Positions 47,080-58,060 of a DNA stretch of 64,000 bases are shown here, in pieces. Where the stretch lies: the NCBI GenBank assembly GCA_963778115.1, contig CAVZSV010000004.1, positions 1,600,001 to 1,664,000 on the forward strand, read 5' to 3'. A program made the position numbers and the translations under genes. Every line of letters starts with the position of its first letter. The stretch's first letter is position 1. The stretch comes from an uncultured delta proteobacterium (GTDB lineage: Bacteria; Bdellovibrionota; FAC87; UBA2466). The notes below the pieces were generated by a model. That model ran no database searches. It worked only from the letters and a program-made list of their open reading frames with translations, and had not been told where the DNA came from.

Positions 47080-49498
47080 GGCTTAGCGTTTCTCGAGTAA
47101 CCGCGCCTTCGGTAACTTTATATTCGCGAGTAACATCGATACCTAAAACTTCGTTTTTCAAGTGTACTTTGTGACGAACATTGGCCCTAAGAGGAATACT
47201 GACGATTTCTCCCCCACGCGCATATTCGGAGAAATTAGCATCAGGGACTTCGATGTTTACTCCAGGATTAACGGTCAACTCAAGATTTCCCATCGGAATC
47301 TTTTTCAGCGTTTCATAAAGTTTTTTATTCTGAGCGTTCATCACTACATTTTCGGAAGCGGACTCAAACCCCTCGTGAATCATGGTGACATTAAAATCTC
47401 TACCGCAAGGAAGTCCTAAGGTCGTAGGAGTGCTGCCTTTAGTCTGATTGTTAATAGTAACGGTGGCTCCTCGCGGATCGCTATCGATATTGATCGTACA
47501 TTCATTCGCCACATGACGAACGGGATCGGGAGTCTTCTGAGAATCGTCGGCGATGGGTTGCTTTTTGTCGCCCTTCGTAGAGGAATATTTCGAAATCATT
47601 CCATCCATGAAGCTGGGCAGCCCTCCCGCAAGATAAACGCGCCACACTTTAAACGTTCCTATTAAGATAGCGACAAGGACAAGTGCCGTAAGCAATCCTC
47701 TAAGAACGGTTACCACCGACGAAGTGGAATCGTCCCGTTCGGGAGGAAATGCCGTAGAAGTATCAAACTCGGGTTCGTTCCGTCTGGAAACCACAGGCGT
47801 CGATTCACTTAGAGTTAAATGGCCATCAGAATTATCGGTAAAGCTACTCGGCAATTCCGAATCTTTCGAGCTGACTTCGCTCAACCGACTAATAGAACGC
47901 TCCCGTCGGCCTGGAGCGACGTTAGTCCCGCTGTTTTCCAAACTAACCCCGGACGCTGGAAGAGAGGTCTTGGGAAAGCGGGCTTGACCTCTCAGCTCTT
48001 CCTTGCGTGACTCTGTGGCTCCCTCGGTGGGAGTTCCCACACTTGGTTCGCCGGCATCGGTAAACATCGAGATAGAATTTTCAACTACGGTCTTTTCATT
48101 CTGTTCAAGGGGCTCGGTAGCCGTAGCTGGCTGATTTTGGGCTACCTTACCCTGAGCTCGAGTAGCGGGCATGGTCTCGTCAGAAAATTCAGGAATGACG
48201 TATTCGTTTTTCGTTTCGCCCTGAATCCCGCCTATGCTTTTTTCCTCGCTTAAGGGATCGTTATTTAGACTCACTTTGCTCCGTGAGGGATCCGCGGCTG
48301 AAAGTCCTTCGCTGCCCACATCAAAGGGAATCTCAGAAGGCATGACGTCTGAGTTCTCTTCGAAATTGGTCTCTCCGGTTTTCTCCACAGCTTCCGAGCG
48401 AGTGATGTCTTCCTCGTCTCGAGAGCGACTCGATTGGTTACTTGCTTCTGAACGCTCGTCACTTGAATCCGAATCGTCCTCACCATGGTTGTCGTCTAAT
48501 TTAGCTCCTTGAGAGAAGGGAATCGATTGGCGATAGATCTGCTCAAACCTCTTTTTCTCAGACGTTATTTCCTCTTTAAAAACTCTGAGCATCGCATCGG
48601 CCAGATCTTTTTGAGTAAAAGATCCGTAATGCTTATTGAGAAACTCCTGAAGGTGACGGTGCATATCACCGGCACTCTGGTAACGAAGGCCGAGATCTTT
48701 GGTAAGGCCTTTCATCACTATCTTTTCTAATTCCGGAGGGACTTTCGGATTAATTCTAGAAGGTGGTGAAATAAGGCACTCTTGAATCAACTTCAGAGTA
48801 GCCATGTCATTCTCAGCGGCGAAGAGCCGCTTCGACGTCAAAAGCTCATAAAGAATGATGGTTGTCGAAAAAATATCCGTCCGATGATCGACCGACTCTC
48901 CGTTTGCTTGTTCCGGAGACATATATCCAAATTTCCCTTTGATAACACCGGAGCGCGTTTCATCCACACGGTCCTTTGCCTTCGCGATTCCAAAATCGAC
49001 GATTTTGACACTTCCCTCGTAGGAGAGCATCACGTTCTGCGGAGACATATCGCGATGGATAATATTCAGTGGCCGATTAGTGAGATCGTCTCTCTTCTTG
49101 TGCGCATATTCGAGTCCCTTACAAACTTCGGCGACGATGTAGACTCCAAACTCGATCGGCAATGCAAAGCCGATCTTTTTCATTTTATTGATAAATTGTC
49201 TTAGATTCTTGCCATCGACATACTCCATCGCCAGCAGGTAGGTATCGCTCGACTTAACGAAATCATAAATTTGCACGATATTGGAATGCGTGAGCATGCT
49301 GCTCAAACGCGCTTCGTATTCGAACATTCGCCGGAACTCTTCATTTTGGCTGTAATTGGGAAGAATTCTTTTGATCGCTAATTGTTTTTCAAAACCTCCA
49401 GCACCACTTGCCTTCGCGCGATACACTTCCGCCATCCCGCCCATCGCAAGACGTTCCAACAGAAGGTATTTTCCAATTTTGAATGGCTTGAAATCCAA
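47054..49498 (-). CDS. Transmembrane Hanks-type Ser/Thr kinase with C-terminal PEGA domain
   Basis: GGMAEVY, AIK, HRDMSPQN, DFG, YMSPEQ, long acidic linker, TM helix, IDSDPRGATV..GSTP. Confidence 0.92.
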   Translation of the reverse strand: MDFKPFKIGKYLLLERLAMGGMAEVYRAKASGAGGFEKQLAIKRILPNYSQNEEFRRMFEYEARLSSMLTHSNIVQIYDFVKSSDTYLLAMEYVDGKNLRQFINKMKKIGFALPIEFGVYIVAEVCKGLEYAHKKRDDLTNRPLNIIHRDMSPQNVMLSYEGSVKIVDFGIAKAKDRVDETRSGVIKGKFGYMSPEQANGESVDHRTDIFSTTIILYELLTSKRLFAAENDMATLKLIQECLISPPSRINPKVPPELEKIVMKGLTKDLGLRYQSAGDMHRHLQEFLNKHYGSFTQKDLADAMLRVFKEEITSEKKRFEQIYRQSIPFSQGAKLDDNHGEDDSDSSDERSEASNQSSRSRDEEDITRSEAVEKTGETNFEENSDVMPSEIPFDVGSEGLSAADPSRSKVSLNNDPLSEEKSIGGIQGETKNEYVIPEFSDETMPATRAQGKVAQNQPATATEPLEQNEKTVVENSISMFTDAGEPSVGTPTEGATESRKEELRGQARFPKTSLPASGVSLENSGTNVAPGRRERSISRLSEVSSKDSELPSSFTDNSDGHLTLSESTPVVSRRNEPEFDTSTAFPPERDDSTSSVVTVLRGLLTALVLVAILIGTFKVWRVYLAGGLPSFMDGMISKYSSTKGDKKQPIADDSQKTPDPVRHVANECTINIDSDPRGATVTINNQTKGSTPTTLGLPCGRDFNVTMIHEGFESASENVVMNAQNKKLYETLKKIPMGNLELTVNPGVNIEVPDANFSEYARGGEIVSIPLRANVRHKVHLKNEVLGIDVTREYKVTEGAVTRETLSLNPDDKHR

Positions 49499-49863
49499 GC
49501 GATTCCCTTCCCATTAACCAACCGGCCGATCGCAAAGTCCCATTAACGTTTTCGGCTTAAAATCAAAGAAAATTGACCCCTTCCGCGTCCTAAATAGGCG
49601 GTGACTCTTAAAAAAAGTCGCTGTATAGTTTCATGAATTAGACTTTGCGTGTTATCCCGCAGAACTGATAGCAGCAGCTGAAATAGAGATATACGCCGCG
49701 GCAACGAAACACAGAATTTACGGCACCTTGCCCGGCACAATGCCCGACTAATTTCGGCACAATAGTCAGCTATCCTGATGGGAACCGTAGAGAATTTCAT
49801 GAAATTTGCCTTATTTGGGTACGCTTTGTGTCTTACTTCAGTAAGGCGGTTAGGTTAGGTTAA

Positions 49864-50931
<1,068 letters not shown>

Positions 50932-50936
50932 TTCCA

Positions 50937-51488
50937 ATGAAACTTTTCGCTTTCGCAGGGTCGCTTCGAAAAGATTCTTTAAATTTTAAGCTGACATCGC
51001 TTGCGGCTTCTGTTGCCAGTCGATCAGGCCAGACCGTGGATCTGGTGCCCTTCAAAGAGTTTGAAATGCCTTGCTACGACGGAGATATCGAAGCTTCGAC
51101 GGGCATTCCCGAAGGTGCCAACCGGTTGAAAGATAAAATCATCGGTAACCACGCTCTCATCATTGCTACCCCGACGTATAACTACTCAGTTCCAGGTACG
51201 CTCAAGAACGCGGTAGATTGGGTTTCCCGCCACCGTCCCATGCCTTTTTCCGGAAAGCCCGTCCTGCTATTAGGGGCCTCTCCTTCACCACTGGGAAGCC
51301 TCCTAGGTATTTTTGCCCTGCGCAGTTCCCTTGAGGGACTGGGCTGTCTGGTCTTTCCGACGGTATTTTCTTTGGTATCCGCCGAGAAGGCCTTCGATGC
51401 CTCGGGATCGCTCGTCGAAAAAGGGAATGCGGAGAGGCTCGAGAAGCTAGTGAAGGACTTTTTGGTGTTCGCGGGCAAGTTTAGTTAA
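50937..51488 (+). CDS. NADPH-dependent FMN reductase
   Basis: GSLRKDSLN, TPTYNYSVPGTLKNAVDWVSR. Confidence 0.9.
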   Translation: MKLFAFAGSLRKDSLNFKLTSLAASVASRSGQTVDLVPFKEFEMPCYDGDIEASTGIPEGANRLKDKIIGNHALIIATPTYNYSVPGTLKNAVDWVSRHRPMPFSGKPVLLLGASPSPLGSLLGIFALRSSLEGLGCLVFPTVFSLVSAEKAFDASGSLVEKGNAERLEKLVKDFLVFAGKFS

Positions 51489-51506
51489 CAAACCACCGTC
51501 CGAAGC

Positions 51507-52904
51507 TTATCCCTCGTAGTTGCTCCAGCTAGGCTCCGTACAATCCCTACCCTCGGGAGAAATCTTTCTTTTTACCGTTCCGTCCATCGTCATCACGTAT
51601 ACTGAATTCGATCCGCCTTCATTGTTGAAAAACGTAAGATGCCTTCCCGTCGGGGCCCATGACGGATTCTCCGTTGAAACACTCCTGCCGCTGGACCGCT
51701 CTCCGGCCGTCAGTCGAGTCAAGTTGTTCCCGTCCGGATCGATAAGGTAAAGATCAAAATTACCTTCCGCAAGTCGTTGGGCCGCAAAGACGATCTTGTC
51801 CCCTTTGGGAGACCAAGCTGGAGTCGCGTTATATTTGCCTGCGAAAGTCAGTTGATTTCCGATTTTGGACCCCACATCCACGGTAAAGATCATGGGGTTT
51901 CCAGTGCGCGCACTGGAAAACACAATCTTACTAGCGTCGGGCGACCATGAAGGTTCTACGTCAAAAAGAGTTGCCGCAAACACCGTCTGAAATCCGTCTC
52001 CACCAACTCGACGAATATTCAGGTTTCTTGAAAAAGGAACAGGATCGCCAATACCGTTGGGGTTAATGAAATAGATTTCAGGCCGTCCATTAAAGCTAAG
52101 AGTAATAGCGATGCGATCTCCTTTGGGTGACCACGCGGCTCCGCTATTCATTCCCTCGCGCGAGGAGAGGGCTTTTCTTTCACCCGTCGCCAAACTATGA
52201 CGTTTTAGAACCGTGCCTCTCTTTCCATTTCGCGCTGTGGTGTACTGTGTGTACAAAAGATACTTCGAATCGGGTGACCATGACGGACTTAGGGTTAACG
52301 TATTATCGGAAGTAAGTTGGGTAAGATTTCTTCCATCGGGATCCACAACATACACCTCTTTGGAGTTCTTTCGTGAACCTGTCCCCCGACACACCATTGC
52401 TATACGACTGAAGAAAAGGCCCTTTTCTCCGCTAAGTTGTTTAAGCACATCTTCAGCCATGGCGTGTACGACGCGGTAGTACTGAGTCAGCGGATAGGAA
52501 TACCTGGTTCCAAAGATCTTTTTCTGTCCCGGAATATCAAATAGTAAAGCTTCCAGGACAAGCTTCGAGCCCTCGATCTTAGCACCTAGTTTTATGACAA
52601 ACGCGACGCCTTTTGCCGTCCACTCGTCATATTTTGGAGAATAAAGATCTTTGGCTTGATCCAGATCGGCGAAAGAGTCTTGAGGAACAAATTCGAAGAG
52701 ATTGGCTAATTCTAAATCCGAATGAACTTGGGTATCGATATTATCCAAAATATCCTGGCCTACCGTCGCTCCTGAAAGTGGATGCACATGAGTGAGGGCT
52801 AATTTGGCTTTCTTGAAATTGGAAGCCGTCACACTGATGTAGATGCCTGCCTGGCTACTAGCGGCATAAAGGAATAAAAACACAATCAAGGATGTCCGTT
52901 TCAT
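51507..52904 (-). CDS. tolB: TolB-like beta-propeller protein
   Basis: Signal peptide, TolB-type N-domain, repeated PSWSPD/PD40 motifs, downstream of tolQRA. Confidence 0.88.
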   Translation of the reverse strand: MKRTSLIVFLFLYAASSQAGIYISVTASNFKKAKLALTHVHPLSGATVGQDILDNIDTQVHSDLELANLFEFVPQDSFADLDQAKDLYSPKYDEWTAKGVAFVIKLGAKIEGSKLVLEALLFDIPGQKKIFGTRYSYPLTQYYRVVHAMAEDVLKQLSGEKGLFFSRIAMVCRGTGSRKNSKEVYVVDPDGRNLTQLTSDNTLTLSPSWSPDSKYLLYTQYTTARNGKRGTVLKRHSLATGERKALSSREGMNSGAAWSPKGDRIAITLSFNGRPEIYFINPNGIGDPVPFSRNLNIRRVGGDGFQTVFAATLFDVEPSWSPDASKIVFSSARTGNPMIFTVDVGSKIGNQLTFAGKYNATPAWSPKGDKIVFAAQRLAEGNFDLYLIDPDGNNLTRLTAGERSSGRSVSTENPSWAPTGRHLTFFNNEGGSNSVYVMTMDGTVKRKISPEGRDCTEPSWSNYEG

Positions 52905-53749
52905 GGTTTCTCCGGTCTGAATTCGATGGTAATCCCGTCGTCTATGATGGAACTGTCTGCTGGCGTCGGCAAGGGTTGAGCATCGTCAATCGCTTCCAAT
53001 ACCGCTGAGTCGTAGGAAGCATCGCCCGACGATTTGACGATTTTCTTACTCCTCACCCTGCCTGTCGTGGGGAAAAGTTCAATATGAACGACGCTCACCA
53101 ACTTTTTCTTCTGCAACCATGAATAGGGATTGAAGTGTTCATGGATAGCCTGCGAAACCAATGCTCCATATTGATCTTTGGAGGTTCCAATCATACCCAC
53201 GGTCGAAGCCCCTTTGGATATGATATTGCCGGAGATCTGCTGCCTTCCTCTCTGCATCCCTTTATTTATCGCAATGGAGTTAAGTGCTGCTTCTCGGTCG
53301 GCTTCCTCTTTAAGATGTTTGAGAATCTTATCCTCTTCCGCTTTGCGCACCTTGTCTTTCTTGAGCGCCGCTTCGGCATCCATCTGCTTGCGTTTGGCTT
53401 CGATAGCAGCGGTATTTTCTTTGGGCATCGTCATCGTATCGCTGGGAGAAGGTGCTACCGGAGTTGGGGCAACGGCTCCTCCAGGCTTTGGCATCACGGG
53501 CAAACTCATATCCAACGACTGTTTTTCGTTGGGCAGAGCGTCTGGCAACGCAACTACGTCGACCTGAATAAAGCTTTGATAAACCTGCTTGGTGGGCTCC
53601 GATTTATGAAAGAAGGGAAATAGCCCCCAATTATCAAGAACGTGAAAGCTGATAAGCAGGGCAGGAACACCAATGTGAAGGGCAACAGAAAGCAGTAGCG
53701 CGGAGCTGGGGACGTTAAAAAACTCCTGCTCCATCACATCGGAAGCCAT
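52901..53749 (-). CDS. tolA: TolA/TonB-family energy transducer
   Basis: SVALH TM motif, Lys/Glu-rich stalk, SSGDASYDSAV..AI..A.PLP C-domain. Confidence 0.8.
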   Translation of the reverse strand: MASDVMEQEFFNVPSSALLLSVALHIGVPALLISFHVLDNWGLFPFFHKSEPTKQVYQSFIQVDVVALPDALPNEKQSLDMSLPVMPKPGGAVAPTPVAPSPSDTMTMPKENTAAIEAKRKQMDAEAALKKDKVRKAEEDKILKHLKEEADREAALNSIAINKGMQRGRQQISGNIISKGASTVGMIGTSKDQYGALVSQAIHEHFNPYSWLQKKKLVSVVHIELFPTTGRVRSKKIVKSSGDASYDSAVLEAIDDAQPLPTPADSSIIDDGITIEFRPEKP

Positions 53750-53752
53750 CGT

Positions 53753-54178
53753 CTATTTTCCTTGTTCTTCGGGAGGAAGCGTCACCAGCCCGATCTTATT
53801 TACTCCGGCACTCTTTACGGTTGCCATGGTTTGCGCCACAAAGGCGTAGGGGAGCGCTCCATCGGCACGAATAAAAATTTCGCGTTCGGCCCGAGTTCTA
53901 AAAAAGGCAATGAGTCGGCCCTTTAATTCGGAAACCGGTACCTCTTCTTTGTTCAAAAAGACCTTAGACTCTTTGGTAATATTCAAGGTCACCGGCTGCT
54001 GATCCGTCTTGGGAAGAGCCTTAGCCGAGGCTTTAGGCAATTGAATGGGGATTCCACTTTCCAACAGTGGTGCAGTCACCATGAAGATTACCAGGAGCAC
54101 CAACATCACATCCACTAATGGCGTGATATTGATGTCTGCTACAGGACCTGAATCGTCGCTATTTCGGAACGCTCCCAT
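53753..54178 (-). CDS. tolR: TolR/ExbD
   Basis: INITPLVDVMLVLLVIFMVTAP, IRAD. Confidence 0.9.
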   Translation of the reverse strand: MGAFRNSDDSGPVADINITPLVDVMLVLLVIFMVTAPLLESGIPIQLPKASAKALPKTDQQPVTLNITKESKVFLNKEEVPVSELKGRLIAFFRTRAEREIFIRADGALPYAFVAQTMATVKSAGVNKIGLVTLPPEEQGK

Positions 54179-54180
54179 GT

Positions 54181-54924
54181 CTAGGCCGTCAAGAAGTTAC
54201 GTTTGATGATATTAAGAAAGTCTCCAGAAAAATTTTCCATCTGAGTTCGCAGGCCTCGAATTTTTCCGTTGTAATAGTTGTAACCCATTACAGCGGGAAT
54301 CGCACACGCGAGACCTACTGCAGTTGCGATGAGCGCTTCAGCGATGCCAGGAGCAACGGTGGCAAGACTAGCTCCTCCCTGTGCTCCGATATTTTGAAAA
54401 GCGGTCATGATACCCCAAACGGTTCCAAATAGACCTATGAATGGCGCTGTGCTTCCCGCGGTGGCTAAGAAAGTCATAGAGCGCTCGAGTCTTAGATTCT
54501 CGCTTCTGCTGGCACGACTAAGAGCTCGTTCCAAGTTTTGAATAGAAGACTCGCTGGGAATTCGCGCTGGTTCGGAAGCCCCTTTTGCTTTCTCCTTTTC
54601 CATCAAACGCTGAAGTTCGACATATCCTGACTGAAAAATTTTAGCGATCGAGCTACTCGCGTATTTCTTGGATTCTGAATAGATGTGGTCCATGCTCTTT
54701 CCGCTCCAGAAAATATCCAGAAAGTGCTCCGTGCTGCTGTAGCAACGACGAACCACACCCCATTTGGAAATAATGACCGCCCAGGAGATGACGGAAAAGA
54801 GGGCCAGCAGCAGCAGGACTAACTGAACCACAAGACTGGCATTCGCGATAACGTCGAATGCCCCAAGCGAAACCACAGCTTCTTTACTGGGTCCCGAAGC
54901 AGCGAAAACAGAGTTCATGACCAA
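54181..54924 (-). CDS. tolQ: TolQ
   Basis: [28 protein letters not shown]. Start may be ATG 54918. Confidence 0.92.
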   Translation of the reverse strand: MVMNSVFAASGPSKEAVVSLGAFDVIANASLVVQLVLLLLALFSVISWAVIISKWGVVRRCYSSTEHFLDIFWSGKSMDHIYSESKKYASSSIAKIFQSGYVELQRLMEKEKAKGASEPARIPSESSIQNLERALSRASRSENLRLERSMTFLATAGSTAPFIGLFGTVWGIMTAFQNIGAQGGASLATVAPGIAEALIATAVGLACAIPAVMGYNYYNGKIRGLRTQMENFSGDFLNIIKRNFLTA

Positions 54925-55082
54925 TATCCTTAGCTCGCCTTACGTTTGGCTTGTTGTGTTTTCCGGACCGTTCAGATTCCGAAAAAGACGATATTTAGCT
55001 TTTATTGCTTTTTTTCCCTTGGGGTTGCGGATCAGTCTTTACGTAGTGTATGAGAACCACCTACTAGCGTCAAGGAGTCTCG

Positions 55083-56507
55083 ATGCGTCATTCTCAAAGA
55101 GTCGTGGTTATCGGCGCGGGCTTGGCCGGCTCGGAAGCGGCATGGCAAATTGCAAGTCAAGGGATCGAAGTCGATCTCTATGAAATGCGCCCGACACGAC
55201 ACACAGAGGCACACACTACCAGCGGCTTTGCTGAACTGGTATGCAGCAACAGCTTAGGATCGAACTCTCCAAACTCCGCATCACGCATTTTGAAAGAAGA
55301 GCTAACTCAGTTGGGAGCATTCGTTCTAGCAAAGGCTTTTGAAAATAGTGTCCCCGCCGGAGCTTCTCTGGCCGTCGATCGGCAGAAATTTTCAGATAAA
55401 ATCACGCAGACTTTAGAATCCCATCCCAAAATCACAGTCCGACGCGAAGAACTTGCCGAAATCCCTCGTTCGTCATGCGTGGTCATTGCCTCGGGTCCCC
55501 TCACTTCTCCCGCTCTGGCTAAAGATCTGACTTCGTTGGCTGGAACCGACTCGCTCTATTTTTACGACGCCATTTCACCGATTGTTTCCACTGAGAGTCT
55601 CGATCAAAATGAGATGTTTACTGCAAGCCGTTATGGAAAAGGGGAGCCCGATTTTTTAAATATCCCGTTAACCCAAGCGCAGTATGAAAACTTTGTCGAA
55701 AAGCTGATTCAAGCTGAAGTCGTCCTGGCTCATGATTTTGAAGAAGAAAAGTATTTCGAGTCTTGCCTGCCTATTGAGACTTTGGCATCTCGAGGAAAGT
55801 TAACGCTGGCTTTTGGCCCCATGAAGCCAGTGGGACTAACGGATCCTAAAACCGGAAAACGCGCTTTCGCGGTGATTCAATTGCGGGCCGAAAACCGTTT
55901 CTTGACCGCATACAACCTCGTGGGTTTTCAAACAAAGATGAAATACAAAGAGCAGGAACGGATCTTCCGAGAGTTACCAGGACTTCGCAATGCCGAATTT
56001 CTTAGACTGGGGAGCATGCACCGAAACACTTACTTGGATTCGCCTAGAGTACTCACCGGCTCTCTCCAGCTGAGAAATGAGCCAGGTCTTTTCATCGCAG
56101 GCCAGATTACGGGCACCGAGGGGTATCTCGAATCTTCAGCTACCGGCCTTCTAGCGGGTCTGAACGCCGCCCGACACTTGCAAGGAAAAGAACCGCTGGT
56201 ACTGCCCAATAAGACGATTCTGGGTGCTTTGGTGGAAGCCATCACCGATCCCAAGCGCTCCCCTTTTCAGCCCATGAATGTGAACATGGGACTGTTTCCC
56301 CCTTTGGGAGAGACTCAAAAATTTAAGGATAAGCAAAAAAGAAACGCGGCTTATGCCGGACGCTCGAAACAGGAACTAAGTCTTTGGCTATCTCAAATGG
56401 GATTGGTTACTGACCACCCAGAGCTCCCGCATTGTACGCCGCCGAACCCATTCCCTGAGAAGCCATCCCTCGCGCAGCATGGTTCTTCGGTCCTCCATAC
56501 CCACTAA
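55083..56507 (+). CDS. trmFO: Folate/FAD-dependent tRNA U54 methyltransferase
   Basis: GAGLAGSEAA, AELVCSNS, YFYDAISP, YNLVGFQT, AGQITGTEGY, FQPMN. Confidence 0.96.
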   Translation: MRHSQRVVVIGAGLAGSEAAWQIASQGIEVDLYEMRPTRHTEAHTTSGFAELVCSNSLGSNSPNSASRILKEELTQLGAFVLAKAFENSVPAGASLAVDRQKFSDKITQTLESHPKITVRREELAEIPRSSCVVIASGPLTSPALAKDLTSLAGTDSLYFYDAISPIVSTESLDQNEMFTASRYGKGEPDFLNIPLTQAQYENFVEKLIQAEVVLAHDFEEEKYFESCLPIETLASRGKLTLAFGPMKPVGLTDPKTGKRAFAVIQLRAENRFLTAYNLVGFQTKMKYKEQERIFRELPGLRNAEFLRLGSMHRNTYLDSPRVLTGSLQLRNEPGLFIAGQITGTEGYLESSATGLLAGLNAARHLQGKEPLVLPNKTILGALVEAITDPKRSPFQPMNVNMGLFPPLGETQKFKDKQKRNAAYAGRSKQELSLWLSQMGLVTDHPELPHCTPPNPFPEKPSLAQHGSSVLHTH

Positions 56508-57306
56508 GAGAATTTCCTCCTCCAGTCCCAGCCAAGGAATTGCCTGAAGCGCTGTTACCGGGGAGGCCATCAAGGCCTGAAATATTGCCTAATCCTGTTC
56601 CATTGCGCAGGGCCGGAAGATTGCTACCAGGGCGATTATCCGCGTGCTGATCTTGCACCATCGAAAACGCTCCTCCCTGTCTTGAGGGACCTTGTTGTTG
56701 TTGTTGCTGCATCTGTTGCTGCGCTTGTCTATCGGCCAGCATCTGCTGGAACGATTGGGTCATATCACCTAGAGATTTCGTGAGGGCCAAAGTTTTGTCT
56801 TGTTGCGCTTTCACCACATCATCCACCAGACCGTTTGAAATCGAAGAATCTCCCGAAATGGTCTTAGTAACGGCCCTAATCTGATCAAAACCGGCTTTGA
56901 TACTGTCTTCGTCAGTGGCTTTATTGATATTAGCCACCTGCGAAGAAAAATTATCCGTCATCTTACTAAGATTCTCGCCAAACTTCTCGCCGGCCTTTTC
57001 GATCTTTTCTTGAAACTTAGGACCTTCTTTAGTTTCAGCGTCCGCGGCTTCTCTGAGCTTGCTCATGTCGGGCATCCCGCCTCCCATGCCGCCTCCCATG
57101 CCACCGCCCATGCCTCCCCCCATCATACCGCCGCCCATCATTCCCATTCCGCCCATGCCACCCATGCCCATTCCACCAAACTGATTGCCATAAGGGTTTC
57201 CAAAGCCGCTACCAAAGCCGGCACCACTTCCGAAGCCTTCGGCGTGCACGACTAAACTCATGGAAAAAATAGGAATGAGAAGGATTAACTTAAGTTGAGA
57301 AATCAT
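56407..57306 (-). CDS. Secreted low-complexity protein (GGM repeats, coiled coil, polyQ)
   Basis: Signal peptide MISQLK...VHA, (GGGM)n, Q-rich run. Overlaps the trmFO 3' end by 101 bp. Confidence 0.7.
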   Translation of the reverse strand: MISQLKLILLIPIFSMSLVVHAEGFGSGAGFGSGFGNPYGNQFGGMGMGGMGGMGMMGGGMMGGGMGGGMGGGMGGGMPDMSKLREAADAETKEGPKFQEKIEKAGEKFGENLSKMTDNFSSQVANINKATDEDSIKAGFDQIRAVTKTISGDSSISNGLVDDVVKAQQDKTLALTKSLGDMTQSFQQMLADRQAQQQMQQQQQQGPSRQGGAFSMVQDQHADNRPGSNLPALRNGTGLGNISGLDGLPGNSASGNSLAGTGGGNSLSGYGGPKNHAARGMASQGMGSAAYNAGALGGQ

Positions 57307-57327
57307 AATGCCCCCATAGCATAAGAA

Positions 57328-57344
57328 TGCATAAGCTCTGCCAA
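57328..57344 (-). promoter_or_regulatory. Putative sigma-54 promoter
   Basis: Minus strand reads TTGGCAGAGCTTATGCA (GG-N10-GC), 21 nt before ATG 57306. Confidence 0.65.
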
Positions 57345-57450
57345 CCAACGGTCTTCGCTGACTCGCGCAAAAGTGCCTGCTTTCAAGGAGTCAGAGAGAG
57401 GAGGCAGGGGGAAAGATTGTGAAAAACGGCTAACTTTCAGGCGAAATCTG

Positions 57451-57489
57451 AAAAACAAAAACGGGTGATAGAGTAAACTCTACCACCCG
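57451..57489 (-). terminator. Intrinsic terminator after the 56-aa ORF
   Basis: Minus strand CGGGTGGTAGAG-TTTA-CTCTATCACCCG followed by TTTTTGTTTTT. Confidence 0.8.
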
Positions 57490-57531
57490 CCTTCGTGTGC
57501 CTTCCGTCCCGCGCATCAAGACTTAAAATCC

Positions 57532-57702
57532 TTAAGGACCAACCTGAATGGGCTGCGTATCCACATTTCCCGTTGGACTTCGCACCACTTGAGAATCTTC
57601 AAAATCGTTATGAGGTAACCAAGACCCAAAACTGGCCATCGCTAGCGCTCCCACGACGATAAATAACCACATTACATCGGACCACAGTTTCCGCATCCAC
57701 AT
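57532..57702 (-). CDS. Unannotated 56-aa single-TM protein
   Basis: MWMRKLWSDVMWLFIVVGALAMASFGSWLPHNDFEDSQVVRSPTGNVDTQPIQVGP. GAGGTG RBS, upstream sigma-54 motif, downstream terminator. Confidence 0.7.
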   Translation of the reverse strand: MWMRKLWSDVMWLFIVVGALAMASFGSWLPHNDFEDSQVVRSPTGNVDTQPIQVGP

Positions 57703-57801
57703 GCTTCACCTCTTCTACTCTCGAGTATCGTCGCCGTCAGGAAGCTTTCCGACGCAACTTCTCAAATCACTTTTTCCAATCGCCACGCTCTAGTTAGAGT
57801 T

Positions 57802-57817
57802 TGCAAATGAGGGGCCA
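57802..57817 (-). promoter_or_regulatory. Putative sigma-54 promoter
   Basis: Minus strand reads TGGCCCCTCATTTGCA (GG-N10-GC). An AT-rich tract lies upstream at ~57940-57970. Confidence 0.6.
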
Positions 57818-58017
57818 CGCCGCGTCAGAACGGGCGAGTAGCGTCAAGACTCGAATATCGGAAAGCTTTCGATCTTCACGACGTTTGCCAAGAAGCAAAA
57901 CAGTTGGCGAACTTATAGATAGTGAAACGCGGCTCACCAATAAAATATTAATATTTTCATATATTTAGATATGACTGACAAACGGTCGGACAGCCCTGTT
58001 GACGCCTAAGCCACCCC

Positions 58018-58044
58018 TCACGAAATCTCGCCGCGAGCCGATAA
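58018..58044 (+). promoter_or_regulatory. Putative sigma-28 (FliA)-type promoter
   Basis: TCACG-N14-GCCGATAA with a perfect -10 element, 16 nt before ATG 58061. Confidence 0.55.
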
Positions 58045-58060
58045 GTAAAGAGCAACACTT

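Noticed and set aside
57532..57702. Flp pilin for the nearby CpaF
   Set aside because: No prepilin cleavage G or EY motif.
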